From NCBI GenBank assembly GCA_963802335.1, contig CAWDIE010000009.1, positions 111,421 through 175,420 of the forward strand: 64,000 nt of DNA. Direction: 5' to 3'. Numbering within the stretch: position 1 is the stretch's first letter; the number at the start of each line of letters is the position of its first letter. Below, in pieces: positions 18,953-29,846 of the stretch. The translations under genes were made by a program, and so were the position numbers. A model generated the notes under the pieces. The model saw only the letters and a program-made list of their open reading frames with translations. It did no database searches and was not told where the DNA came from. Source of the DNA: an uncultured Planctomycetota bacterium. Its GTDB lineage: Bacteria > Planctomycetota > PLA2 > JAEUHO01.

Positions 18953-19929
18953 TGGCCGCCAAGATCCTCTGCATCGCCGAGCTACAGCGGGGTCAGCTCG
19001 ACGACGCGACGTGGGAACTCCTCAGCGCGGCTCGCGCCCTCGCGGACGACGGCGGGCACGTCGATGCGATTCTCATCGGCTCGGATGTGGCGCAATTCGC
19101 CGACGTCCTCGCCGGCGGCTTCGACACGGTACGCGTCGTCGAGGACGCGCGTCTCGACACGCCCGACGGTGAGGCGCGCCGTGCCTTGCTCGTGCCTCTG
19201 ATTCAGCGCGAGGGCTACGATCTGGTCCTCCTTGCCCACACGAATACGACGATCGACCTCGCACCGGGGCTGTCCGCCCGACTCGAAGCACCCTTGCTCG
19301 CCGATTGCCTCGACATCACTGGCGCAGAAGACGGTGGCTACCGCGCCACGCGGGCGGTCTACGGCGGCAAGGTGAATGCCCGCGTGAAGAGCGTGTCGTC
19401 GCCGATTACCGTGGCCACGCTGCGCGGGGGCACCTTCCCTGGAGAAGCGGCCACGGGGGTCGGAGGCGCGGTCGTGGCCGAAGCCGCCCCCGCCGACCTC
19501 GACGCCCGGCGCCGCACGCTCCGCACGGTGGAGCCGGACGCGGGCGAGGTGGACATCTCGCAGGCCGACGTCCTCGTCGGCGTAGGGCGCGGCATCGAAG
19601 AGGAGGACAACCTCGAGCTCGTCCAGTCGCTGGCCGAGGCGCTCGGTGCCGAGGTCGCCTGCTCGCGCCCGGTCGTCGACAAGGGATGGTTGCCCAAGAG
19701 CCGGCAGGTCGGCACCTCCGGCGTCACGGTCAAGCCGCGGCTCTACGTCGCCGTCGGGATCAGCGGGTCGTTCCAGCACGTGGGAGGCATCAAGGGATCG
19801 CCTTTCCTCGTGGCCATCAACAAGGACGCCAAGGCGCCGATCTTCGGCGTCGCGGATGTGGGCATCGTGGGGGACCTCTTCGACGTCGTGCCGGCGCTCG
19901 AGGAGAAGATTCGCGAGATGAAGGGATAG
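18952..19929 (+). CDS. etfA: electron transfer flavoprotein alpha subunit
   Basis: Full-length EtfA similarity (VVEDARLD, SRPVVDKGWLP, QHVGGIKGS). Confidence 0.9.
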   Translation: MAAKILCIAELQRGQLDDATWELLSAARALADDGGHVDAILIGSDVAQFADVLAGGFDTVRVVEDARLDTPDGEARRALLVPLIQREGYDLVLLAHTNTTIDLAPGLSARLEAPLLADCLDITGAEDGGYRATRAVYGGKVNARVKSVSSPITVATLRGGTFPGEAATGVGGAVVAEAAPADLDARRRTLRTVEPDAGEVDISQADVLVGVGRGIEEEDNLELVQSLAEALGAEVACSRPVVDKGWLPKSRQVGTSGVTVKPRLYVAVGISGSFQHVGGIKGSPFLVAINKDAKAPIFGVADVGIVGDLFDVVPALEEKIREMKG

Positions 19930-19933
19930 ACGC

Positions 19934-21083
19934 ATGGACTTCGAGCTGAGCAAGGAACAGACGGCCGTCCAGAAAGCCGCCCGCGAGTTCGCCAAGGGAG
20001 AGTTCGACAAGGACCTGGCCCTGGAGCTGGAACAGAAGCACGAGTTCCCCCGGGACATCTGGCAGAAGGCCGGCGAGCTGGGCTTCATCGGCATGCACTA
20101 CCCCGAGTCCTGCTCCGGCGCGGACTACGGGTGTCTGGAGAACGTGCTCGTCGTCGAGGAGTTCTGTCGGCAGGACTCCAGCATCGGTACGGCGATCATG
20201 CTGTGCGACTTCGCCTCGGAGACGGTCCTTCGTTGCGGCACCGACGAGCAGAAACAGCGATACCTGACCCCGATCGCCGAGGGCCGGGAGATCTTCGGCG
20301 GCGCGATCACCGAGCCGGATCACGGCAGCGACATCACCACCATGGCCACGACGGCCGTTCGCGACGGGGACGAGTGGGTCCTGAACGGCGTCAAGACCTT
20401 CATCACCAACGGCGGGATCGCGCACAACTACATGGTGCTGTGCCAGACCGACGCGGACGCGGGCTACCGTGGGCAGTCGATGATCCTCGTTCCCGGCAAC
20501 GCCGACGGGCTCGAGATCGCCGACGTCGGTCTGAAGATGGGCATCCGGCTCAGCCCGACGGGTGAGCTCACGTTCAAGAACGTCCGGGTGCCGGCGGAGA
20601 ATCTCCTGGGCAAGGAAGGGCGCGGCTTCTACCAGATCCTGGAGTTCTTCGACGAGAGTCGCGTCGAGACGGCGGCGCAGGCCCTGGGGATCGCCCAGGG
20701 AGCCTTCGACCGTGCCGTTGGCCCACGCGAAGAGCCGCAAGCAGTTCGGCAAGCCGATCGCCGCGTTTCAGGCCACCCAGCACAAGATCGCCGAGATGGC
20801 GACGAAGCTCGAGCTGGCGCGTCTCGTCACCTACAAGGCGGCGTGGAACTTCGACAAGGGACGCATCGATCCCAAGCTCACGTCGATGGCGAAGTGGTAC
20901 GCGGCCCGGTCGGCCGTCGAGGTCGCCGACGAAGCCATCCAGATCCTGGGTGGCTGGGGCTACATGACGGACTTCGAGGTGGAGCGCTTCTACCGCGACG
21001 CGAAGATCACCGAGATCTACGAGGGGACGAAGGAGATCCAGAAGAACACGATCGCGAAGGACATCATCGGCAAGCTGAAGTAA
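19934..21083 (+). CDS. acyl-CoA dehydrogenase (frameshifted near 20720)
   Basis: N-terminal 263 aa lie in frame 2 (ITEPDHGSD, FITNGG). The C-terminus KQFGKPIAAFQ...YEGT.EIQ lies in frame 0. They join if one G is removed from the gttGGcc run at ~20720. Confidence 0.8.
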
Positions 21084-21111
21084 TGGGGCGACGGAGGACG
21101 AAAGAGTTCGT

Positions 21112-22157
<1,046 letters not shown>

Positions 22158-22280
22158 CGAGGACGGCGTCGAGAATACCAGGGGTGGCGGGCGACCCGCT
22201 CCGGCCCCGGCATGAAGCGAGTCTGGCGATTCCCCCGACTCCCCGGCAGAATCACCCTTCCCATCCCGGAGTCGTCCCCG

Positions 22281-22742
22281 ATGCGCCACATCCGCCCGAT
22301 CGTCGCTCTCGCCCTGCTCGTCGGCATGCTCACGATGGGAGCGGCTTGCGGCACCGGGGGGAGCAGCGGCGACGACTCGATCGGGGACTGTCCGCCCCCG
22401 TTCACGGACAACCTGACCGGAACCTGGGTCGTCGATCAGGTGTGGTTCGCGAACGATTGCACGTTCGTCGGGCCCAGCCAGGGCGTGATCACCGTCACCC
22501 AGAACGACAATCAGCTGACCATCTTCGGGCAAGGCGTGACGACGGCGACGCTCTGTGGGAGCCGTGCGGAGTCGAACAACTCGTACTCCTACCTGATCAA
22601 CGGCGGCACGATGACCGTGAGTCGGTTCCTCGTGCAGTTCCAGAACCAAAACCAGGCATCCGGCAACACCACCTGGGTCTGGCGCAACAACCAGGGGGCC
22701 GAGACCTGCAGCGGCACGTCCACGCTCACGCTGCAGAGGTAG
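22281..22742 (+). CDS. small secreted lipoprotein
   Basis: MRHIRPIVALALLVGMLTMGAACGT is a signal peptide with a lipobox Cys. The mature part is Gly/Thr/Asn-rich. Confidence 0.6.
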   Translation: MRHIRPIVALALLVGMLTMGAACGTGGSSGDDSIGDCPPPFTDNLTGTWVVDQVWFANDCTFVGPSQGVITVTQNDNQLTIFGQGVTTATLCGSRAESNNSYSYLINGGTMTVSRFLVQFQNQNQASGNTTWVWRNNQGAETCSGTSTLTLQR

Positions 22743-22748
22743 CGTCGA

Positions 22749-23216
22749 TCAGACCGCCTCGATCATGTCCATCGGCGTCGGGTGGACCAGCCGCTGGAAG
22801 TCCTCGTAGCGCATGCGGATCGCGTCGTCGTGGGTTCCCCCGTTGAAGGTGATCGTCTCGTCCTTCTCCAGCGCGGGATCCACGAAGACCGGCATGCCGT
22901 ACAGGTTTCCCAGCGGCGGCTCGGCCCCGACGTCGCAGTCCGGACAGAGCTGACTCATCTCCAGCTCGCTCGCCAGACTGATCTGCCGGGTGCCGATCGA
23001 CTCGCGGATCTTCTCCAGGTCGATTCGGCACGGCGCGGGCACCACGGCCATGGCATGCAGTGCTCCGATGTCCAGGATGACCGTCTTGGCGAACGCCCGT
23101 CCCGGCGTGTGGGTGTCCGCCGCCGTCTCCTGCGCCGTGTAGTCCGTGCGGTGGTGGATGACCTCGTACGGTACGTCGTGCTCATCCAAGAACGTCGTGA
23201 CCTTCTGATTCGGCAT
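22749..23216 (-). CDS. YbaK/ProX-like aminoacyl-tRNA deacylase domain protein
   Basis: Similarity to the YbaK/EbsC editing domain (TFLDEHDVPYEVIHH, KTVIL, ITFNGG). Confidence 0.6.
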   Translation of the reverse strand: MPNQKVTTFLDEHDVPYEVIHHRTDYTAQETAADTHTPGRAFAKTVILDIGALHAMAVVPAPCRIDLEKIRESIGTRQISLASELEMSQLCPDCDVGAEPPLGNLYGMPVFVDPALEKDETITFNGGTHDDAIRMRYEDFQRLVHPTPMDMIEAV

Positions 23217-23404
23217 GGGTTCCTCTTCTCTCGCCGCGGGCGCGGCGTCTTCCCGTGCGACGGGGTCTCCCCGCTCGTCCAGAGGGTCCCGCGAGGCACC
23301 CGATGTCGGGGGCGCCCCGTTGCTCCCACCAGTCTACTCCGGGGCCCCGGTGGACGACACGGCGTCGTTGACACGACCGCCCCCGGCCGGGTACCACGCG
23401 CGGC

Positions 23405-24487
23405 ATGAGCAGGATCTACAACTTCAGCGCGGGGCCGGCGGCCCTTCCCGAGAGCGTGCTTCGCGCCGCCCAGGCCGATCTCGTGGACTTCGAGGGACAG
23501 GGCCTCTCGGTCATGGAAATGAGCCACCGCGGCAAGGACTTCCGCCGGATCGCGGAGCAGGCCGAGGCGGACGTCCGCGCGTTGCTTCAGATTCCCAACG
23601 AGTATGCCGTGCTGTTCCTCCAAGGAGGGGCCACGCTGCAGTTCGCGGCCGTCCCCCTCAATCTCGCGAGCGAGGGAGATCGGGCGGACTACGTCCTCAC
23701 CGGCGCATGGTCGAAGAAGGCCTCCCAGGAGGCCCTTGCGTTCCTCGACGCGCACGAGGCGGCCAGCAGCGCCGACGACCACTTCCGCTCGATTCCCGAG
23801 CGGTCGAGCTGGGACCTGTCTCCCGACGCCGCCTACGTGCACGTCACGATGAACGAGACGATCGGCGGCGTCGAGTTCCCGGCCGTGCCCGACGGCATCG
23901 ACCGGCCGCTCGTGGCCGACATGTCCTCCACGCTCTTGTCGCGGCCGATCCCGGTCTCGCGATTCGGCCTCATCTACGCTGGCGCGCAGAAGAACATCGG
24001 CCCCGCGGGCGTCACGCTCGTCATCGTCGACCGGTCGCTGCTCGGCAGAGCCCGCGCCACGACGCCGCGCGTCCTCGACTATGGAAAGCAGGCGGAGGCG
24101 GGTTCCATGCTGAACACGCCGCCGTGTTGGGCCTGGTACGTCTGCGGCCTGGTGTTCCGCCAGCTGCTCGAGGAGGGGGGCCTCGCGGCGGCGGCGGAGC
24201 GCAATCGGCGGAAGGCGAAGAAGCTCTACGCGTACCTCGACGGCTCGAGTCTGTACGAGAATCCCGTCGAGCCGCGGGCACGCTCGTGGATGAACGTGCC
24301 GTTCCTGTTGAAGCGTGACGGGCTGGATGCCACCTTCCTCGCGGAGGCCGAGGCGCACGGCCTTCACGGCTTGAAGGGGCACCGCTCCGTCGGCGGGATG
24401 CGTGCGAGCATCTACAATGCCGTCGGGGAAGAGGCCGTCGACGCCCTCATCTCGTTCCTCCAGGCGTTCGAGGCGAGTCACGGTTGA
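23405..24487 (+). CDS. serC: phosphoserine aminotransferase
   Basis: MSRIYNFSAGPAALPESVL is the classic SerC N-terminus. PLP-lysine region GAQKNIGPAGV. Confidence 0.9.
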   Translation: MSRIYNFSAGPAALPESVLRAAQADLVDFEGQGLSVMEMSHRGKDFRRIAEQAEADVRALLQIPNEYAVLFLQGGATLQFAAVPLNLASEGDRADYVLTGAWSKKASQEALAFLDAHEAASSADDHFRSIPERSSWDLSPDAAYVHVTMNETIGGVEFPAVPDGIDRPLVADMSSTLLSRPIPVSRFGLIYAGAQKNIGPAGVTLVIVDRSLLGRARATTPRVLDYGKQAEAGSMLNTPPCWAWYVCGLVFRQLLEEGGLAAAAERNRRKAKKLYAYLDGSSLYENPVEPRARSWMNVPFLLKRDGLDATFLAEAEAHGLHGLKGHRSVGGMRASIYNAVGEEAVDALISFLQAFEASHG

Positions 24488-24518
24488 CGCGTCCCTACCG
24501 GTAGACCGCGGAGCAAGC

Positions 24519-25700
24519 ATGTTCAAAGTCCAAACCCTCGATCGCATCGCCGCGGAAGGACTCCGACGCCTGCCGCGGAGCGGTTACGAGGTCGCCTCCG
24601 AGATCCTCCAACCCGACGCCGTCCTGGTCCGCTCGCACGACATGAAGGCGATGGCCATACCGGATTCCGTACTGGCCGTCGCGCGTGCCGGCGCGGGGAC
24701 CAACAACATCCCGATCGACGCACTGACGAAGCGCGGCGTGCCCGTCTTCAACACGCCCGGGGCCAACGCCAATGCCGTGAAGGAGCTCGTGATCGGCGGG
24801 ATGCTCCTCGCCGCCCGGAATCTCTGCTTGGCCTGGGAGTACGTGCGCGGCCTGGATGCCCAGGGCAAGGATCTCAAGAAAGCCGTGGAGGCCGGCAAGA
24901 AGACCTTCGTGGGCTACGAGCTCCCCGGGCGCACCCTCGGCGTCGTCGGCTTGGGGGCCATCGGTGTCCGGGTGGCGAACGCCGCGCACGCCCTCGGCAT
25001 GAAGGTGCTCGGCTACGACCCGGCCGTGACCGTCGAGAACGCGTGGAAGCTCCAGGCGGACGTCGACAAGGTGGTCAGCGTCGGCGAGCTGCTGGCGCGG
25101 TCCGACTTCGTCACCCTGCACGTGCCCCTCATCGACGCCACGCGGGGGATGATCAACGCGGAGCGGCTCAGGTTGATGCGTCCGCAGGCAGTCCTCCTGA
25201 ACTTCGCCCGTGGGGAGATCGTGGAAGAGGAGGCCGTGCTCGCGGCCCTCGGGGAGGGGCAGCTCGCCCGCTACGTCACGGACTTCCCCTCGGCCACGTT
25301 CCGCGGCAACGCGCGGGTGATCGCCTTGCCGCATCTCGGTGCTTCGACCCACGAGGCCGAGGCCAATTGCGCCGTCATGGCCGCCGAGCAACTCCGTGCC
25401 TACCTCGAGAACGGCGAGATCGTCAACTCCGTCAACTTCCCGCCGGCCGTCATGCCGCGGACCGAGGGATGTCGCTTGATCCTCGCCAACCAGAACGTGC
25501 CGAACATGGTGGGCCGGATCACGACCACGCTGGGGGATCACGATCACAACATCGTCGATCTCCTCAACAAGTCGCGCGGTGACATCGCCTACACGCTCGT
25601 CGACGTCGAGTGTGGGGTCGCGCCGAACGTCGTGGCGGAGCTCGAGGGCATCGAGGGCATCCTTGCGGTGCGCGTCGCGCCGCCGGTCAGCGCCGGCTGA
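24519..25700 (+). CDS. serA: D-3-phosphoglycerate dehydrogenase
   Basis: Start at the internal Met MFKVQTLD. NAD-binding GxGxxG motif GVVGLGAIG, 2-hydroxyacid dehydrogenase catalytic motifs and a C-terminal ACT-like domain. Confidence 0.85.
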   Translation: MFKVQTLDRIAAEGLRRLPRSGYEVASEILQPDAVLVRSHDMKAMAIPDSVLAVARAGAGTNNIPIDALTKRGVPVFNTPGANANAVKELVIGGMLLAARNLCLAWEYVRGLDAQGKDLKKAVEAGKKTFVGYELPGRTLGVVGLGAIGVRVANAAHALGMKVLGYDPAVTVENAWKLQADVDKVVSVGELLARSDFVTLHVPLIDATRGMINAERLRLMRPQAVLLNFARGEIVEEEAVLAALGEGQLARYVTDFPSATFRGNARVIALPHLGASTHEAEANCAVMAAEQLRAYLENGEIVNSVNFPPAVMPRTEGCRLILANQNVPNMVGRITTTLGDHDHNIVDLLNKSRGDIAYTLVDVECGVAPNVVAELEGIEGILAVRVAPPVSAG

Positions 25701-25704
25701 GCCG

Positions 25705-26361
25705 TCAGGCCATGAGGTCGAGCACGAAGCGCAGATCGGGATCCGTCCGGTAGATCGCGGCCTGCGCTTCGACGACCGGGCGCCGCACGACGCCGCCGTA
25801 CCCGATGAACGTGTCGACGACGGGCGCTGCCTCCAGGTCCGTGATGCCGTCGCCGATGAAGAGGACCGGCCCGCCCTCGGCTTCGAGACGCGACAAGACA
25901 TCGACCTTCCCCTGATTGCGTGCGAGGGGCGAATCCTCGTCGAAGCCGGCGTAGGCTCCATCCGCGCCGAAGTAGACGTCCACGGCGAACACGTCCGCGC
26001 CGCGGATTCCGAGCGCCGCGGCGAACGCAGTCACGGCCGGCCCGAGCCCGCCGCTGACGACGACGACCCGGACGCCACGTGCCTGGAGTGCCGCGACTAC
26101 GTCGTTGGCGCCGTCGACGGCTTCGCGGGCGTAGTGCCGTCCCAAGGCCTCCAGATCCCCCCTGGAGGGGCGGACGATGTCCAGGCGCCGGCCGTACACC
26201 GCGGCCAGGGGAAGCTCGCCGTCCATGGCGGCTTTCGTGAGCGCCACGACCTCCTCCTGTCGCTCGAGGGGGAGCCGGCGGCAGAGCTCGTCGATGCCCT
26301 CGATGCGGGACAGGGTCGAGTCGCAGTCGAAGACGACGGTGGCGTAGCGGGGCGACGACAT
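25705..26361 (-). CDS. serB: phosphoserine phosphatase (HAD family)
   Basis: HAD motif I VVFDCDSTL. C-terminal motif LFIGDGITD. Convergent with serA. Confidence 0.75.
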   Translation of the reverse strand: MSSPRYATVVFDCDSTLSRIEGIDELCRRLPLERQEEVVALTKAAMDGELPLAAVYGRRLDIVRPSRGDLEALGRHYAREAVDGANDVVAALQARGVRVVVVSGGLGPAVTAFAAALGIRGADVFAVDVYFGADGAYAGFDEDSPLARNQGKVDVLSRLEAEGGPVLFIGDGITDLEAAPVVDTFIGYGGVVRRPVVEAQAAIYRTDPDLRFVLDLMA

Positions 26362-26514
26362 CTACCTAGCCTAGCGCCCCCTCCCTACGCGATCACGAGG
26401 TGAACGGCGGTGCAATTCCCCCGAGCGCGTGACGTCCTCGGCCCGCGCGCTCGTATCATGGGGAGCGCATCGATCGCGGGACGCCCCCCCGGCGTGTCAC
26501 GTGCAGGAGGACCC

Positions 26515-27204
26515 ATGGCGGAGTCGGAGACGCGAGACCTCACCCAGACGCTGCAGGGCGTGCTCGAAGCGACCACGCTCGCCTTCGAGTCGTTGCTTGC
26601 GCCGTACGAGAAGCTCGCCTCGGCGGATGGGGACGCGGCCCTCGGTAGTCCGCTCCGACTGCCCACCTTCGGACGGTCGCCCCAGCTCAAGACGCTTGCG
26701 GACCGCATCGAGGCCGGAGGGCGCAACGCCTGGGCCCTGCACCAGGTCGAGACCCGCGAGAGTCAGCTCGGCACGCTGCTCGACGACTACGTGCACGGGA
26801 AGTACAGCGCGACGTCCGTCGCCGACTGGGTGTCTCAGGTCACGCGGTTCAGGGACGGCGTCTTCGCCGACATCCATACCGCCATGCAGGCACCGAGGGG
26901 CTGGGACCGCCTCAACCTGGCCGGGACGGCCGTGCCCGCCGGGCAAGACGACGGGGAGTGGCTCACGCCCAAAGACGTCGCCGCCGATCTCAAGCTCGCC
27001 GAGCGCACCGTGCGACGGCGGGTACTCGAGGGGAAGCTCGGCCCGTGGCGCAAGCGCGGCAATCGGTGGGTGATCACCCGCGGGGCCTTTCATCGGTTCT
27101 GGGAGCGCCTCCTCCAGGATGACGACGTCCCGCATCCCGCGGGAGACGGGGGACGCGTCCGCGACCCCGGGGACGGCCTGGATCACGTGCGCCTGGACGG
27201 ATAG
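26515..27204 (+). CDS. hypothetical protein with C-terminal excisionase/MerR-type helix-turn-helix
   Basis: Start MAESETRDL at 26515 with RBS gcaggagga upstream. C-terminal region LTPKDVAADLKLAERTVRRRVLEGKL..WRKRGNRWVI resembles an HTH_17/Xis-like DNA-binding domain. Confidence 0.6.
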   Translation: MAESETRDLTQTLQGVLEATTLAFESLLAPYEKLASADGDAALGSPLRLPTFGRSPQLKTLADRIEAGGRNAWALHQVETRESQLGTLLDDYVHGKYSATSVADWVSQVTRFRDGVFADIHTAMQAPRGWDRLNLAGTAVPAGQDDGEWLTPKDVAADLKLAERTVRRRVLEGKLGPWRKRGNRWVITRGAFHRFWERLLQDDDVPHPAGDGGRVRDPGDGLDHVRLDG

Positions 27205-27209
27205 CAGGG

Positions 27210-28496
27210 CTACGCCGTCAGCTGCTTCCAGCGCCGCTTCAGGCGAAACGCCGTGCCGAAGAGCGCGCGCTGTCGTCTGAGCCGCGCTTCCTGGGCACGA
27301 AAGGCCTCCAACACGGCTTCGTCCTGGATCAGCCAGCGGGCCTCGTCCGGGAGCAAGACGAGGCTCACGTGGATGCCGGGGGCCACGCCAATCGGCAGCG
27401 CCGCCTCCATGCACTTCGTGTAGAGCGCCTGGAAGACCGGCACCATGTCGCTCGTCGTCGGGGGAGACGTGGCCTCGAGATCGGTGCCCGCCAGGGGACG
27501 AAAGACGCACACCGTGGGGATCGCGCCGCGGTCGGTCAGCCACTCGATGGCCGCGATGCTGCTCTCGGGGGCCTCGAGCCCGGCCACGATTTCACCGTTC
27601 ACCACCCACGGCTCCAAGGCCTTGCGGGAGGCGTGTCCGAGATCGGCGCAGGTCGCGACCGCCTCCAGGTAGCCGTCGAGCCCGTACACGCGTGCCTTCC
27701 CCGGGCACACCTCTTCGAAACGGGCGGGGTCGAAGATCTCGAAGCAGAAGCTGATCCGGTTGGCGCCGATTTGCTTGAGGCGCGCGTAGTCCGCGGGATC
27801 GTGGAACGGGGGCGTCTGGACGCCGACCAGCAGCCCGGTCTCCTTCTTCACGCGCCTGACGTAGGGCTCGAGGATCGGCAGGAATTCGCTGCCGTCGTAG
27901 TGGCCGGTGTTGAAGTCGACGTAGGTGATGTGGCTCTCACGCTGCGCGGCGTGAACAACCTCCATCACCTCGTCGACGCTCTTGCCGTCTTCTTCGTCGA
28001 CGCCGAGGTTGAGGCCCACCGAGCAGAAGCGGCAGTTCTCCCGCGCGGGACGGTTCGGGCCCTTGACCCAGAACTGACACACCTGGGCGGGGTAGACGGC
28101 GAGGTACGTGCCTTGCAGCGTGGCGACGCGTCGCATGACCTTGCCGCTCGACGTCGGCTGGTCGTACCAGCGCGGGCGCGGCGAGAGCGCCACGTCCATG
28201 CAGTGCGTGTCGTCGTAGAAGATCGCGTAGCGTCCCCCCGACGTACCGGCGGACGTCCGGCGAACCTCGTAGGGGCTGGAGGCAGCGAAGGGTTCCGTGA
28301 CCGGTACGTTGACGTAGAGGTGGCCGGGCAGGACCAGCTCGAGGCCGGAACCGAGGCCCGCGCGTGCGCGCATGACCGGACGACCACCGTCCTCCTCGAC
28401 GTGGCAGCTCTCGTGGATGCGAGCGCCCCGACAGAAGAGATCCAGCTTGAGGAAGCCGGGGTTTTGCTTCGGATCGAGGGGGGTGACGGCTGCCAT
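27210..28496 (-). CDS. radical SAM-like protein with non-canonical CX14CX2C motif
   Basis: Motif VCQFWVKGPNRPARENCRFCSVG. Downstream elements look like the TIM-barrel core of radical SAM enzymes. Confidence 0.55.
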   Translation of the reverse strand: MAAVTPLDPKQNPGFLKLDLFCRGARIHESCHVEEDGGRPVMRARAGLGSGLELVLPGHLYVNVPVTEPFAASSPYEVRRTSAGTSGGRYAIFYDDTHCMDVALSPRPRWYDQPTSSGKVMRRVATLQGTYLAVYPAQVCQFWVKGPNRPARENCRFCSVGLNLGVDEEDGKSVDEVMEVVHAAQRESHITYVDFNTGHYDGSEFLPILEPYVRRVKKETGLLVGVQTPPFHDPADYARLKQIGANRISFCFEIFDPARFEEVCPGKARVYGLDGYLEAVATCADLGHASRKALEPWVVNGEIVAGLEAPESSIAAIEWLTDRGAIPTVCVFRPLAGTDLEATSPPTTSDMVPVFQALYTKCMEAALPIGVAPGIHVSLVLLPDEARWLIQDEAVLEAFRAQEARLRRQRALFGTAFRLKRRWKQLTA

Positions 28497-28628
28497 GGAC
28501 TCACTCTACCGAGAGGTCGGAGCAGTCGGAGGGACTGCCCCGACGGCGCCCCTGACTTCGCCGAGACGGTCTCGTGCGTGGAAGACCGCGTTGGCGGATG
28601 CGAACGTCCCTATCCTGGGGGGGAAGCC

Positions 28629-29846
28629 ATGCGTGACCTCGCCGTCCTGTGTTGGGCCCTGCTCGCCACCGCGCTCGTCGCGGGCTGCGGGGGCGACGTG
28701 GAGACGTCCGGACCACGCTTCGCGGTTCAGTGGGTGGGCGAGGATCCCCCTCGCCTCGTCCGTCTCGACCTGGACGCGCCGGAGGCGGCAAGCGTGGGCC
28801 TCGTCGAGGGGATGGTGGACCTCGGCCGTCCCGCGGTCAGTGCGGACGGGACGCGCCTCGTGTTCGCCGCGCGCGAAGGCGAGGACCAGCCTCGGCGCAT
28901 CTGGTCGTTGGACGTCGAGGGAGGGGACCGGCGACTGGCCGTCGATGCGCAGGAAGACTGTGCGTCGCCCGCCTTGCTCCCCGACGGACGCATCGCCTAC
29001 GCCGCCGTGACGTCGCGCCCCGGGGTCACGCCGGAGCGCGACGCGGCCTGGGCGCTCCACGTCGCCCCGGGCACGGGACTCCCCGGGCGCCGCATCTCCT
29101 TCGGCGCCGGCCATGAGGTCGGACCCGTCGTGCTCCTCGACGGCCGCATCCTCTACGGGAGCTGGCAACCGGGGGGCACGAGGTCGGCGTCGGGTGTGTT
29201 CCTCTACACCATCCACCCCGACGGGACCGGCGCGGCGCGTGTTCCCGCCCCGGACGAGCTGCGCGACCCGCACGCCTGGGCGCAGCTCGCCGACGGTCGC
29301 CTCCTCGCCACGGTGGGGGAGGTCGTGTGGATCCGCGGAGCCGGCGGAGGTCCGTGGACTCGAGCGCCCGCCCCCACGGGGGCCGCGCTCCTGACCGAAG
29401 CGTTCGGTCCCATGCCCCTCCGTCCAAGGCCCCGCCCGCAGGGGCATCTGAGCATCCTCGACGAGGAACGCCATCACGGCGACCTGCTCTGTCTCGATGC
29501 GCGTCCGCCGGGGGTAAAAGGCAACGTGCGCGCGCGCTTTCGCGCGCTGAGGGGCACGGTGCATGCGGGCATGCGGCCCGCCACCGAGCTCCTCGGCAGC
29601 GTGCCTCTGGCGTCGGACGGCTCCTTCTTCGTTCGCTTGCCGGCCGACACGTCCTTGCTGTTGGATGTGGTCGACGACGACGGAGAGGTCCTCGTCGAGG
29701 GCGAGACTCCGTTCTGGGTGCGACCCAACGAGACGAGAGCCTGCATCGGTTGCCACGAGAACCCGGACACCGCGCCGCCCAATCGCCGACCCCTGGCCGT
29801 CGCGCGTGAACCCGTTCCCCTGCTCGGCGTGGAGGGCGAGCGATGA
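28629..29846 (+). CDS. lipoprotein with TolB-like beta-propeller and C-terminal CXXCH haem-binding motif
   Basis: MRDLAVLCWALLATALVAGCGG is a lipoprotein signal. WD40-like/TolB-type repeats (DGTRLVFAA, DGRIAYAA, DGRILYGS). Terminal motif TRACIGCHENP. Confidence 0.7.
   Translation: MRDLAVLCWALLATALVAGCGGDVETSGPRFAVQWVGEDPPRLVRLDLDAPEAASVGLVEGMVDLGRPAVSADGTRLVFAAREGEDQPRRIWSLDVEGGDRRLAVDAQEDCASPALLPDGRIAYAAVTSRPGVTPERDAAWALHVAPGTGLPGRRISFGAGHEVGPVVLLDGRILYGSWQPGGTRSASGVFLYTIHPDGTGAARVPAPDELRDPHAWAQLADGRLLATVGEVVWIRGAGGGPWTRAPAPTGAALLTEAFGPMPLRPRPRPQGHLSILDEERHHGDLLCLDARPPGVKGNVRARFRALRGTVHAGMRPATELLGSVPLASDGSFFVRLPADTSLLLDVVDDDGEVLVEGETPFWVRPNETRACIGCHENPDTAPPNRRPLAVAREPVPLLGVEGER

Noticed and set aside
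22955-24547. 530-aa minus-strand ORF
   Set aside because: It is antisense to the well-supported serC gene. Its composition is Arg/Gly/Pro-rich and it has no recognisable domains.
26515-27204. Prophage excisionase or remnant
   Set aside because: There is an Xis-like HTH at the C-terminus, but no integrase, phage structural genes or att-like repeats nearby. It was kept only as an HTH-containing hypothetical.
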